Shown one piece after another: positions 10,311 to 20,420 of a stretch of 64,000 nucleotides of DNA; positions within the stretch are counted from its first letter, which is position 1; each line of letters begins with the position of its first letter. The notes beneath the pieces are model-generated. The model was not told the origin of the DNA. It saw only the letters and a list, made by a program, of their open reading frames with translations, and made no database searches. Origin of the DNA: Candidatus Latescibacterota bacterium (GTDB lineage Bacteria; Latescibacterota; UBA2968; GCA-2709665); contig CBDDDZ010000005.1 in assembly GCA_965226795.1 (NCBI GenBank), positions 2,528,001 to 2,592,000 of the forward strand. Direction: 5' to 3'. A program made the position numbers and the translations under genes.

Positions 10311-10538
10311 GTCTCGTGAACCCGGCACGAGCGGCTCCTCCCCGAAAGATCGGGGATTTGTGTGTATCGAGAACCAGCGAATTTTAGCGACCGTCATTAT
10401 AGAATAAGAAACATGGAAGAAAAATCAAAGTTGATTTTGGTCGTGACGCGTTGATTCGACGCCATTCCGATTGCGTCCATAGGTTTGAATCTGACGTTTT
10501 TCAACGGGTTGAACCGAACTATGCTTTCGGCCGCGGCC

Positions 10539-12524
10539 CTATCTCGGCGCCAGGGCTCGAATCCGGCGCCGGGCTTCCTTTGAGACCTGCGGATCGCCCT
10601 GCCATTGATTCAGAAACGCCTCGTAGGCCGCGACCGCGTCCGCGGGCATGCCCTGGCTTTCCAACACCTTACCCAGGTTGAAATACGCTCTCGCATCGCC
10701 CAGCGCCGCCGAACGGCGATATGCCTGTGCCGCCCCTTCCGGCCGCCCCGTTTTCTCCAGCGCAACGCCGAGATTGAAGTGGGCCTCCTTATCCTCCGGC
10801 AGCAGGACCGCCGCCTGTTTGAATCCTTTGGCGGCCATCCGCGTTTCGCCCGCCCGCATGGCAGTTACGCCCAGGTTCATCCAGGCTTCCGCATATAGCG
10901 GATCCAGATCCACGGCTTTCCGATATGCCGCAGCCGCCTGCTCAAAAGTCCCCTTCATCCCGTAGGCATTGCCCAGGTTGTTATAGGTCATGGCTTCTTC
11001 CCTGATAGACAGGGCCCGTCGAAAAGCAAGAACTGCCCGGTCCATCAGGCCCCGCTCGGCAAGCACCTGTCCCACGGCCTGATGCATCTTCGCACTATTG
11101 GGATACGAACGCGCCGCGCTGGCATACAGGCTGAAATCATCCTTCCAATCTCGATTTCGCACGACCGTACGCGCGGCATACCCGAACATGATCAGACCCA
11201 TCGAGACAATCACACTGAACCCATACCTCCTGAACAACCGTTCGGCCCCAATCCCGGCCAGCGCGAACACACCCAGCACCGGAATGTAGAGAAACCGCTC
11301 CTGGACCATTGAATTCAGCAGGACCAGAGTCTGCGACACCCCCAGATAGGGCACCCAAAAAAGCGCCCCGAAAAAAAACAGCCGCGGCCATTTTCCCAGC
11401 GATCGTACCCAAAGCAACAGCCCACCGAGACCCAACACGACACCCGCGATTACCGAGAATTCCAGAAGCGAAACCGAAACAGGAATCGCATTGTACGAGT
11501 AATCCACGGAGAGCCGCCACGGAAACACCAGGAGCGTTACATAGTGCCAGAGAATCTTCCCGGCTGTCAGGGCCCGCGTTTCAAGCGAGGTACCGTAGAG
11601 CGGATTCACCAACTCAGTCATCCCACCCGGTGAGAAGCCCAGCCCCGCCGCGGCGTTGCGCACGGCCAGACAGAGTCCGAACATACCCACAAAGCCCATC
11701 CACCATAGCCATCTTGCCCGCCCAACGCACAGTATGCCGTGCAAAATCCCCTTTCCCAAGGGGGCGGCCGAACAGGGCAAACGCGCAACCAACCGTCCCC
11801 TGCGGCCTTCTTTTGCCCCCTCTTTGTCCAAAAGCGTCCCGGCCTCCGCAGCACCCATCCCAGCGGCGACGTCATATATCACAACCAGGCCAAACAGTGC
11901 GAGCGTACTCTCCTTGCTCATCAGTCCGCAGAAAAAGGCGACAAGCGCGAGCGCATAGGCCACCCGGGAACGCGAACTATGCGTATATGACAACATGCCG
12001 GCGAGTAAGAAGACGCCGGCCAGCAGGTCGGATCGGCCGAAGGTCACGCCCGCCGCCACTTCCGCATGGATCGGATGCACGGCAAATAACACGCCCGCAA
12101 TTCCCGCGGCGAATCGGCTCAGCCCCACGCGCCTGCACAGCCCCCACGCCAGCAGGCTGCAACACACGTGCAGAAGCACGTTGGTCAAATGATACCGGAA
12201 CGGGCGAATGCCTCCCAGCGCGTCCAGCAGAAACGAAAGCACGGGCAACGGCCGGTAATGCCCGGTTTCATTTCCGGGGTAACCCGCCCAGTAATGGGTC
12301 GTGAAAACGCTCCTGAAATCCAGTCGTTCGACAAGCCAACTTCGTTCGATCAGAAAATGGTCGTCGTAAACCAGCCCGTTGCCCAGCGCGTTGGCATAAA
12401 CCACAAATGCCGCCATGCCCACCAGAACCGGCCAAGCATATATGGGCTTCAGACTCCCACGCCCGGGAGCTCCCGAATTATCCTTGCGCCTTTGGGGGGT
12501 ACGTTTCGCCATATCTGCCGTCAT
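10539..12524 (-). CDS. TMTC-like (DUF1736/GT105-like) protein O-glycosyltransferase with TPRs
   Basis: VYDD, HYRPL, HLTNVLLH, LFAVHPIHAEV...GRSDLL, SKE, LSVDYS, ERFLYIP, RNRDWKDD, then TPRs. Confidence 0.85.
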   Translation of the reverse strand: MTADMAKRTPQRRKDNSGAPGRGSLKPIYAWPVLVGMAAFVVYANALGNGLVYDDHFLIERSWLVERLDFRSVFTTHYWAGYPGNETGHYRPLPVLSFLLDALGGIRPFRYHLTNVLLHVCCSLLAWGLCRRVGLSRFAAGIAGVLFAVHPIHAEVAAGVTFGRSDLLAGVFLLAGMLSYTHSSRSRVAYALALVAFFCGLMSKESTLALFGLVVIYDVAAGMGAAEAGTLLDKEGAKEGRRGRLVARLPCSAAPLGKGILHGILCVGRARWLWWMGFVGMFGLCLAVRNAAAGLGFSPGGMTELVNPLYGTSLETRALTAGKILWHYVTLLVFPWRLSVDYSYNAIPVSVSLLEFSVIAGVVLGLGGLLLWVRSLGKWPRLFFFGALFWVPYLGVSQTLVLLNSMVQERFLYIPVLGVFALAGIGAERLFRRYGFSVIVSMGLIMFGYAARTVVRNRDWKDDFSLYASAARSYPNSAKMHQAVGQVLAERGLMDRAVLAFRRALSIREEAMTYNNLGNAYGMKGTFEQAAAAYRKAVDLDPLYAEAWMNLGVTAMRAGETRMAAKGFKQAAVLLPEDKEAHFNLGVALEKTGRPEGAAQAYRRSAALGDARAYFNLGKVLESQGMPADAVAAYEAFLNQWQGDPQVSKEARRRIRALAPR

Positions 12525-12611
12525 TGTCTACCTGGGCCGAGGGTAGCAACATATGAACGGGGAGCCCGGGTCGTTTTCCACCTGCAGGGACGTTATCCGC
12601 CGTCCACGTCT

Positions 12612-12660
12612 ACAAAATGAACGGGCGGCGTCCGGGTTCGGAATCCCGGTCGCCGCCCGT
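12612..12660 (-). terminator. Probable intrinsic terminator after the PorV-like gene
   Basis: acgggcggcg (12621-12630) / cgccgcccgt (12651-12660) stem with inner pairing, followed by tcattttgt on the minus strand. Confidence 0.6.
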
Positions 12661-12730
12661 CGGTTCAAACGCCGACAAAGCGCCGGACTACATCAGTTTT
12701 GAATCGACTCCGCCGCTTTGTAAAGGCGAC

Positions 12731-13723
12731 TTAGAACGTGCCGCCGATGGAAACACGGATCGGTGGATCGAACATGTCCACGCCGTCGTTCTTCTGCAAG
12801 AGCGACACCGCCACGTCGGCCGTGATCGTGCGACCCCCGAACGTCTGCTTTACGCCGGCGCCCACGGCAATGCCCTCGAGGTCATAGTTCCACTTCCAGC
12901 CCGCGCGCAACGCGAGTGCATTCTGCAGCCACAACTCGGCGCCGAAATGCCAGCGCTGCTCAAAGTCCACGAAAAACGCGCTCTCTACCGACGCGGTGAG
13001 GTAGGACGGATCGCCCTTCTCGCCGTATATCTCCGCTGCAACGCCGATATTGTAGACCAGCGGCATCAAGTACGCCCGGTCACCCGACTTGCGGTCGGGG
13101 CCGAAATTCCGGAACGCCATCGCGATACGAAGGCTTCTGAATCCCGTGTAGAAGAAGCTGCCCACGTCCACCGTGAAGCCCGAGGTCTTCACCGTGTATA
13201 GTTGCTCAGAAACGTAATTCGCCTTGGCGCTGAACGAAAATTTGTCGGTGAATTTGATCGCATAAAGCAGACCGACAGAAAGATCGTTTGCAACCACGTC
13301 CTGCCCGGTTCCGCCGGGCTGATGGATCGTGGTCTCCGGGGAAGGCTTCGGGTTGTGTGACACTACCGTAATGCCCAGCACCTCGCCCCGCGCGGAACGC
13401 GTATTCCACACCGCGGCAGCCGAGTACAGCTGGGTGTCGTAAATAAAGCGCGTCCAGTTCAACTGATAAGCCACACGTTCCACGTGCACCAGGCCGGATC
13501 CGTTCCAGAAGATCGCGTTGATATCGTCGGCCACGGCCGTAAACGCATCACCCATGGCAACGGCGCGGGCGCCCTGCCCGATCTTCAGGAACTGCATCCC
13601 CGATATGTTGACTTTCTTGACACCATACTCGCCGGTCACCCCGCCCCACTTCACGGCCAACGCCGGTGAAGCGGCAAGCAACAGGGCCAAGACCGACGCA
13701 ACGACCAACATACTCCTTTTCAC
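12731..13723 (-). CDS. PorV/PorQ-family (UPF0164) outer-membrane barrel
   Basis: Signal peptide; FLKIGQGARAVAMGDAFTAVADDINAIFWN signature; LALRAGW; C-terminal F. Confidence 0.85.
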   Translation of the reverse strand: MKRSMLVVASVLALLLAASPALAVKWGGVTGEYGVKKVNISGMQFLKIGQGARAVAMGDAFTAVADDINAIFWNGSGLVHVERVAYQLNWTRFIYDTQLYSAAAVWNTRSARGEVLGITVVSHNPKPSPETTIHQPGGTGQDVVANDLSVGLLYAIKFTDKFSFSAKANYVSEQLYTVKTSGFTVDVGSFFYTGFRSLRIAMAFRNFGPDRKSGDRAYLMPLVYNIGVAAEIYGEKGDPSYLTASVESAFFVDFEQRWHFGAELWLQNALALRAGWKWNYDLEGIAVGAGVKQTFGGRTITADVAVSLLQKNDGVDMFDPPIRVSIGGTF

Positions 13724-13751
13724 GTCATTACCTCCTAAGTTTTGAACCCGC

Positions 13752-16223
13752 TTACTTGATTAGTACGAAGCTGCCTCTTCGGACCTCACCTCCGTCTACG
13801 ACCACGAAATAGTACAGACCGGTCTGGACCTCGCCGGCGATATTGAACGTGATCTGACGAAATTCGGTCTCGCCCTTGGCGAGCGGGGTCCGGTCCGTTG
13901 TTTCCACGCGGTCGCCGGAGGCCGAGTAAATATGAATTACCGCATCCTTAGTGAGGCCCACGATGCGGAGGTTGCGGGAGTTGGGGTATTGGTGCTTTCC
14001 GTCCACGTAATACGGATTCGGCACGATCAGCACTTTTTCGGGAAGGCTGGACAACAGGGCCTGGAACGGCTTGCGGTTGTCGCCGTCGAAGGTCCTGGCC
14101 GTAGACGGACCCCAACCGCTTTCATAACCCCTGCGGATATTGGCCTGCACGCGTGGGCTCGGAATATCGTCGATGGTCATCCCGCTGTCCCAGGTATAGG
14201 AATCCACCCCCCCGGCGTACGGGCGAGCCGAATAGAAGTACGAAAAGCCGGCCGCGGTCTCCAGGTCTTCATATTCATAGACACCGTCGGCATTCACGCC
14301 CCAGATGCCACGGGCGAGGCCCGCCGGATTGTTGGACGATCCGCTGGAACCGTTCTCGATAACGTCGTACAACTCCCACGGGCCCCAGGAAAACCAATTC
14401 GACTTGTACAGCCGGTAGCCCAATATGTCCTGTTCGCCCGTATAGGGATTTACAGCTGACTCCGACTCCCGCCCCCACCGGATCAACTGCTTGGCATTGG
14501 TTGAAGACGTTAGATTATCGGCCGAAATATACGCCTCTGTGGGCGACACGGGCACCTGGTAGCTGTTGTCGTAGACCCAGTGGGCCAACTTCAGATTCTC
14601 CAGGGCGGCCTTTTCGCCGTCGGTCTTGACCTTGCTGATCTTGTTCTCGGGCGAATCGCCGGAACGGTCCCACTTCAAAATGCCGACATCCTGCTCGTTG
14701 GCCGGAATCGGCGCCAGCAGCGAGGGGTGCCCCGCTCCCCAGGCAAGCACGATCTTCACGGATTCTCCCGCGCCCACGCTGTACGGTCCGTACACCGTCA
14801 TGTCGTGGAACACCTTGCGCGTGGAAATGTCTCCCTCGTCCGCATTGCCCTGATAACCTGACGTGGTTATGGTGTTGGCCAACTGTGCGGCGGTGTGCGT
14901 GGTGTACGTGGGGTCGTCGAAGTCGCCCGTCGAACGCGCCAGCCACCACTGGAACGAACGCGGTTGTTGGGCTTCGCCGGGCTGCACGTACTTGCCCCGG
15001 TCGGCTTCGTTGAACGAGAATTTGCCCGCGTCGTCGGCGTAGGCGAGGGGCGCCATGAAATAGGTGCTTGGCGCTCTCGGCTGGCCTTCGGTTTGCAGGA
15101 TATTGTAGTTTGAAGGCACAATCGCCTTGAAGAACGGATCGCCGGTATCGTCGTGCGAGGAAAACGGGTTGTCGGAGTCCCTGCGGATGACCGCGCGCAT
15201 ATCCTCACCTACGAACGCGCCGTTCTGCGAGTAGGCATTCGGATAGCCGTCGGCCTCCGTATACCACATGGTGTCGTCCATCCCCCGGGCATTTGATGCG
15301 TAGAAGTTCCAGCCGAACTCCTCGAGGATGCCCATGGCCGTCATCGCGGCCACGTTCTTGAACGCAATGTAGAGGTTGTTGATGGGGCCCGGCGCCTCGC
15401 CGACGCCGTCGCCGTCGAAGTCCCCAATGTTGGTGAAGGTGAGGTCCACAATGTAGAAGTCATCGAAATCCGGGTTGGACCAGCTGTACACCCGCCTCTG
15501 GGCAAGGATACCGTTCTGTTTGTCCACCCACTGGGCAATGATGGTCTCTTCGGGAACGGTCACGTCCACCAGGTTGTGCGCACCCAGATTATAATTGGCG
15601 ATATGGGCGGGCGGGGTTGTTACCGGATCCCAGTCGTTCCCGTAAATACTTCCCGGATCCAGGTTCGTGACTCCGGGCCAGTAATTGGACAGGGCACCCG
15701 TGGCGCCCTGTTCTCCCGGAGAGATCGCGCTGTTCGCCGATTCCGCGAGTTCCCTCAACGGATTGGGCTGGCCCCAGCTTTCCTCCGGATTGCCCACCGG
15801 ATCGTAGGGCAGGGCCTGGTTGTGTTCGACGATCTGCAGATTCTCCCGGGGCCCGGTTACCGTTACGGTACCCGCGTCGGCGTTCAGGATCCAGATGCCC
15901 TCGCCGCCCGAGACCTTGTAGTCGTTGTACATCTGCGACTTCTGGTTGGACGTGAACTGTGACAGCACCGCGCCGAACGAACCCGGGCCCTGGCCGTTCC
16001 AGGGATAGGCGTTGCGCCTGCTGCCGCGGCCCCATTCCTGGTTGCCGCCCATTCCGCCTATGTTGTTGTAACTGTTGGAAATCAATGATCGCAGGTTGTA
16101 CCTGCTTGCTATGTTGTCGGGAGTGGCTTGCGCATCGGCCGGGGCCGCTTCAAATACAACCGCACCCAGTGCAAGGCAACCGATGGGGACCAACCCCTTA
16201 GCGATGAAATTTAAACGTTTCAT
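13752..16223 (-). CDS. Secreted acidic protein with FN3-like module and T9SS type-A/FlgD-like C-terminal domain
   Basis: Signal peptide MKRLNF...APADA-Q; DFDGDG Ca-loop; GYRLYK...YEDLE..AGFSYFYS; C-terminal VPNPY...IHIYSASGDRV...TGLYYFVV...FVLIK. Confidence 0.75.
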   Translation of the reverse strand: MKRLNFIAKGLVPIGCLALGAVVFEAAPADAQATPDNIASRYNLRSLISNSYNNIGGMGGNQEWGRGSRRNAYPWNGQGPGSFGAVLSQFTSNQKSQMYNDYKVSGGEGIWILNADAGTVTVTGPRENLQIVEHNQALPYDPVGNPEESWGQPNPLRELAESANSAISPGEQGATGALSNYWPGVTNLDPGSIYGNDWDPVTTPPAHIANYNLGAHNLVDVTVPEETIIAQWVDKQNGILAQRRVYSWSNPDFDDFYIVDLTFTNIGDFDGDGVGEAPGPINNLYIAFKNVAAMTAMGILEEFGWNFYASNARGMDDTMWYTEADGYPNAYSQNGAFVGEDMRAVIRRDSDNPFSSHDDTGDPFFKAIVPSNYNILQTEGQPRAPSTYFMAPLAYADDAGKFSFNEADRGKYVQPGEAQQPRSFQWWLARSTGDFDDPTYTTHTAAQLANTITTSGYQGNADEGDISTRKVFHDMTVYGPYSVGAGESVKIVLAWGAGHPSLLAPIPANEQDVGILKWDRSGDSPENKISKVKTDGEKAALENLKLAHWVYDNSYQVPVSPTEAYISADNLTSSTNAKQLIRWGRESESAVNPYTGEQDILGYRLYKSNWFSWGPWELYDVIENGSSGSSNNPAGLARGIWGVNADGVYEYEDLETAAGFSYFYSARPYAGGVDSYTWDSGMTIDDIPSPRVQANIRRGYESGWGPSTARTFDGDNRKPFQALLSSLPEKVLIVPNPYYVDGKHQYPNSRNLRIVGLTKDAVIHIYSASGDRVETTDRTPLAKGETEFRQITFNIAGEVQTGLYYFVVVDGGEVRRGSFVLIK

Positions 16224-16261
16224 ATCCTTTTCTGCCTCCATTCGAAAGCATCACGGAGCAA

Positions 16262-16295
16262 GTGCGCCGGAAGGGCATGTGCCCTTCCGGCGCAC
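16262..16295. other. Perfect intra-operon stem-loop without U-tract
   Basis: gtgcgccggaagggca-tg-tgcccttccggcgcac, just downstream of the TBDR stop. Confidence 0.75.
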
Positions 16296-16302
16296 CACTG
16301 TC

Positions 16303-19300
16303 TTACCAATTCAGGCGCAACCCGAACTGGGCAAGGCGCGGCGTATGCGCGTACGTACGATCCCGGCTGTCGCCGTAGTTAAGGTAATTCTTGTCGTCCG
16401 GAGTTGGGCCGTCCAGTCCGATGTACGTCCATAAATTCCTATTAGTGGGGCTGGTACGGTCCTTCTGGTTGAAGACGTTCCGGATGTCGGCGAACAGTGT
16501 AGGTTGCACCCGCCCGGTGACATTGAAGGTTCTCTCAATGGCGAGGTCGGTGCGCGAATCCAACGCCAGATCGCGGTAGTACGCGTTTCCGCCTTCAGGC
16601 GAGCTATAATTAAAGATCCCGCCCGTCTGGATGCGGGACGTCACATTCAGCCGCAGGTTCTTCAGAACGGTGCCGGCAAAGGCGTGGCCGAACTCGAAAT
16701 CATCGGGGAAAGACGCCAGCAGCGAGAAACTCCCGAAGTTCCGTCGGTCGCCGCTTTTGGGGCGGAAGAACAGCGTGGTATAGCTGCCCGTGTTGATCTT
16801 GACCGAGCAGTTCGCACCGCAATCCGCCAGGGCGGGGCTGTCGACCGGCCGCAGGCCGTCCCACACGCCCGTACCCAACTGGCCGCCCTTCTTTTGTGAG
16901 CCGTCGTGGAAATTCTGGCCCATTTGGGCGAATGTTTCCAGGTCGTCGCCGGTCAACCTGCGCGGCGCCTCGCTGCCATCCGGAAGCGGGTCGAAATAGA
17001 CCCAGAAATTGGGGACGGTAACGCCTCTGTCTGTGAACGCGTTGGTTGTGGCCAGGTGCACCACCGTGAGTGAGTCCATGTACACGTTGCGGATCACGTT
17101 GCCAAGTTTGCCCGTGGTGATCTGCGACCACTGGTAGTTGTACGACACGTTGAACGAGAAGTTGTGCGAGAAGGACTTCCGGATGGACATTTCGAGGCCG
17201 CGCGTGTCGCCGTAGGCACCGTTATCCAGGGTCCGCGAATACGGGATCCCGAAGTCCCGGGGGCCAACCCACGTCTCGTTCGGATATTGCGTGAAGTGGT
17301 CCACCTCGCTCTTGTAATACGCGGTTAACGTGGCCGTATAGTCGCTCACGAAGTTCCAGTCGGCCCCCACCTCGAAGGCCGTGGTTTTGGCGGGTTGCAG
17401 CAGATGCAGCCCGTTCTGGCCGGAATAGGTGGTGCGGAAATTGTTCAAGCGCTCCGTGGCGTCGATCCGCCCGTTCTCGTTGACGTCCCTGTCGCCGGCA
17501 TCGCCGGACGTCCAGTAGTCCTCACCGAAATAATACCAGAGGTCGGCCCACTGGAGGAACACGCCGGTGGAGAACCGCATCTGCGAACGCTCCGTGATCG
17601 GATGCGACACACCGATTCGGGGGCTGAACTTCACGTGCCAGGGCGCGTCGGTGGTCCAGAGCGAACCCTCCTGGTACGCCCAGTCCCGAGCACGGGTGTA
17701 ATAGCGGAACATGGAACTCCCCCGAAACGCGCCGAAGGTCAGCTGGCGGGAGTTCGGATTGAACGTGTCGAGGCGGACGCCCAGGTTCACGATCATCCCC
17801 TGGAACTCCATTTTATCCTGGAGGTAGGCGTTAAGGAAGAAGGGTTTCACCTTCTCGCCGATCTGGCCTTCGTCCACGATCAGCCGCAGATTCCGGGCGG
17901 CCGGGGTTGTATCGTACCGGAATATCATTGTGAGGGCGCTGGTCTGGTACTCGACCCCCGCCTTCAGGAAGTTCCCCTTGGTGACCTGCGACGACAGATC
18001 GACCTTGGCCCCGATGCGCTGCCGGTCGGACTGGCCCCATCGGGCGGCCTGGCGGCCGATGTTGAACCACGCCGCCTGATCCCGGTGGACTTCCCGGGTC
18101 ACGTCGTGCGTGCCGCTGACCGTATCCATTTTTGACCGGGAATGAGAAAGCCGGACTTCGTAGAACGTCCTCGGGGACAGCGTGTGCGTAAACACCGCGT
18201 ATTGCAGTTCTTCTCTGAGGTCGTGCAGTCCCGCGGCGGACCACTGCTCGGGCAGGAACAGGTCGCGGCCGCTCCCACGCCTCATCGCGCCGCCGCCGCT
18301 GCCATGACGCCCGCCGAAGAGGTCCGGATTGCCGTTCGAATACCAGTCCCAACCCAGGTACATGCCGCCCACTTTCAACTTCAGGTTGGCCGTTGGCTTG
18401 ATCGTGATACTTCCCGAAACGTTGATGTTGCCCGGATCGTCCTGGAAGCTCCCACGGTCATTGTAGAACCCGATCCGCTCCGCGCGCGGCGTTGGGGCCG
18501 CATAACGGTCGTGCTTGGCCGTGACCAGGAACGAAGCCTTGTCTCCGATAGGGCCGGACACGTTGCCCTCAACGCCGAAACCGACCCATTCCGTGTAATT
18601 CGTACGGACGTGAATCAGTTCGCCTGCCAGTTCCTCGAAAATGGGATCGTTGATCTGGCCGGAGAGATCCGGGTACTTCTCATTGGCCCAAATCGGGTCG
18701 TCCCAATTCACCTTGTCCTGGTGCTGCGGCGAATCGTACACGTTCTCGCCCCAGTGCTTCTTGCCGGCGGGTTCGTAACGGAATTCGCCCCAACCATTCA
18801 GCTCACCGCCGCCTTCTTTGGTTATGATTTGAACCACACCGCCCTGGGCATTGCCGTATTCGGCGGGGGTAACCCCGGTGAGTACGGACAGTTCCTGGAT
18901 GGCGCCACGGTTCACGCTGCGGTAGCGGCCGCCGCGACCACGACCGTCGTTGTGGTTCATCCGCACGCCGTCCACCACGTACGCCACGTCGCTGGCGTAC
19001 CAGCCTGCGTCGACGTAGGCGCCGCGAATCCGGTTGGATCCGTCAACGGCCACGCCCGGCTGCAACTGGAGCAACTCCGAGGTCCGGCGGGCCGACGCCA
19101 GGTTCCGCTCGGTTTCTTCGAGAGAAATCGTGTATTTACTGGTGGTCTTATCCGGCTCCACCAGGGGACGGCCGGCCGTCACCACCAACTCGCCCAATTC
19201 CAGGGCGGTCTCTTTCAGATTGTAGTTAATGGTGGTGGTATGGTCCACGCTGATCTGAACGCCGGTCTGCGACACGGTCTCGTAACCGATCAGCGACGCC

Positions 19301-19536
19301 GAGAGCGTGTAGACGCCCGGCGAAATATTGATGATGACGTAATATCCGTCGGCATCCGCCGTGGAACCCAGATTCAGTTCCTTGATCACGACGTTGGCGC
19401 CGGGCAGGACTTCGCCGGCCTGGTCGCGCACCACGCCGTTGACCTTGCCGGTGACACCCGCCTGCAGGTCGGCCGTGGCGAAACAAACGGCCGCGACCGC
19501 AACTGCGACTCCTAAAAACAGAAGCTTACGCTTCAT
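16303..19536 (-). CDS. TonB-dependent receptor with N-terminal carboxypeptidase-regulatory-like domain
   Basis: GKVNGVVRD..GEVLPGANV; plug YVVDGV...AEYGNAQGGVVQIITKEG; YLQDKME..NLGVRLD; FSPRIGVSHP; C-terminal RLNW; GGAGG RBS. Confidence 0.92.
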   Translation of the reverse strand: MKRKLLFLGVAVAVAAVCFATADLQAGVTGKVNGVVRDQAGEVLPGANVVIKELNLGSTADADGYYVIINISPGVYTLSASLIGYETVSQTGVQISVDHTTTINYNLKETALELGELVVTAGRPLVEPDKTTSKYTISLEETERNLASARRTSELLQLQPGVAVDGSNRIRGAYVDAGWYASDVAYVVDGVRMNHNDGRGRGGRYRSVNRGAIQELSVLTGVTPAEYGNAQGGVVQIITKEGGGELNGWGEFRYEPAGKKHWGENVYDSPQHQDKVNWDDPIWANEKYPDLSGQINDPIFEELAGELIHVRTNYTEWVGFGVEGNVSGPIGDKASFLVTAKHDRYAAPTPRAERIGFYNDRGSFQDDPGNINVSGSITIKPTANLKLKVGGMYLGWDWYSNGNPDLFGGRHGSGGGAMRRGSGRDLFLPEQWSAAGLHDLREELQYAVFTHTLSPRTFYEVRLSHSRSKMDTVSGTHDVTREVHRDQAAWFNIGRQAARWGQSDRQRIGAKVDLSSQVTKGNFLKAGVEYQTSALTMIFRYDTTPAARNLRLIVDEGQIGEKVKPFFLNAYLQDKMEFQGMIVNLGVRLDTFNPNSRQLTFGAFRGSSMFRYYTRARDWAYQEGSLWTTDAPWHVKFSPRIGVSHPITERSQMRFSTGVFLQWADLWYYFGEDYWTSGDAGDRDVNENGRIDATERLNNFRTTYSGQNGLHLLQPAKTTAFEVGADWNFVSDYTATLTAYYKSEVDHFTQYPNETWVGPRDFGIPYSRTLDNGAYGDTRGLEMSIRKSFSHNFSFNVSYNYQWSQITTGKLGNVIRNVYMDSLTVVHLATTNAFTDRGVTVPNFWVYFDPLPDGSEAPRRLTGDDLETFAQMGQNFHDGSQKKGGQLGTGVWDGLRPVDSPALADCGANCSVKINTGSYTTLFFRPKSGDRRNFGSFSLLASFPDDFEFGHAFAGTVLKNLRLNVTSRIQTGGIFNYSSPEGGNAYYRDLALDSRTDLAIERTFNVTGRVQPTLFADIRNVFNQKDRTSPTNRNLWTYIGLDGPTPDDKNYLNYGDSRDRTYAHTPRLAQFGLRLNW

Positions 19537-19579
19537 TGTGATACCTCCTTCGTTGAGTTGTTACCTCGACTTCGGCAAA

Positions 19580-20299
19580 TTACCGCCAGAAGTACATCTT
19601 GAACTGCGCGCCAACGTCGACCATGTGAATGGGGCGCACTTTTTCCAGGCCGTAGAACAGCATATTGCGCAATTCGCCCACCACAAAGGTATAGCGGGCG
19701 CGCAGGTCGATGGCCAGGTTCTCGGTTACGAAACCCTCGACACCAAAGCCGGCATTGGCGCCGATGGTATATCGCTGATCGATCTGTTTCTCCATGACAA
19801 AGCCCAAGTCTATAGGATCGTTTGTCTGGCGGGAATAAACCAGGTTGCTGTTAATCGAGAAGTAACGATAGAGACCACCGCCAACCAGGAAATAATACCG
19901 ATAATCCCTGGCCTTGAACCCGTGCGTGGCGTTCTCCTCGCCGACAAAAAGCAGACCATTCACGATCAGGTTGTTCCACGTGATTTCGGACTTGCCGTTC
20001 GGGTGCTGGTATTCCTGTTGGTCGATCGCGTACATCCAGAGATCGGATGCCGGTTTCCCGTTGGTGAACTTCGAGTAGTTGTACTCGATTTCAATAACGG
20101 TGCGCTGGCTCGATACGTAGCTTATCGTTGCTCCGTATTTGCCCGTGGCGCCCCAGCGCTCGCCGAGCCGAAGCATCGGGATGTTGTAATCGGCGATCCC
20201 GCCGACCGCCCATTTACCTTCCTGGGCCAATGCGCTGTCTGACAAGCCCATTGCCACCAGAGCAAATACAGCCAGAAAAGCGAAACGCACAACTTTCAT
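19580..20299 (-). CDS. Outer-membrane beta-barrel protein
   Basis: Signal peptide ending ALA-Q; LVGGGLY, GANAGFGVEGF; GGAGGT RBS. Confidence 0.85.
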   Translation of the reverse strand: MKVVRFAFLAVFALVAMGLSDSALAQEGKWAVGGIADYNIPMLRLGERWGATGKYGATISYVSSQRTVIEIEYNYSKFTNGKPASDLWMYAIDQQEYQHPNGKSEITWNNLIVNGLLFVGEENATHGFKARDYRYYFLVGGGLYRYFSINSNLVYSRQTNDPIDLGFVMEKQIDQRYTIGANAGFGVEGFVTENLAIDLRARYTFVVGELRNMLFYGLEKVRPIHMVDVGAQFKMYFWR

Positions 20300-20420
20300 C
20301 TACTCACCTCCCTCTTGAGAGTGAATGAAGCGGAAACTCCCCTCCGCCCTTCCCCTCGTCCCACGAACGGAATTTGCGAAGCGGACTCCTTTTAACTCGA
20401 TAGACGACCTCCTCTCTTTT

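Noticed and set aside
10311..10397. Longer N-terminus of the GWxTD protein (start 10397), and similar extensions at 6426, 36377, 37381, 44117, 45532, 46621, 48124
   Set aside because: Downstream starts have better RBS or signal context; the 10397 ATG overlaps a TATAAT box.
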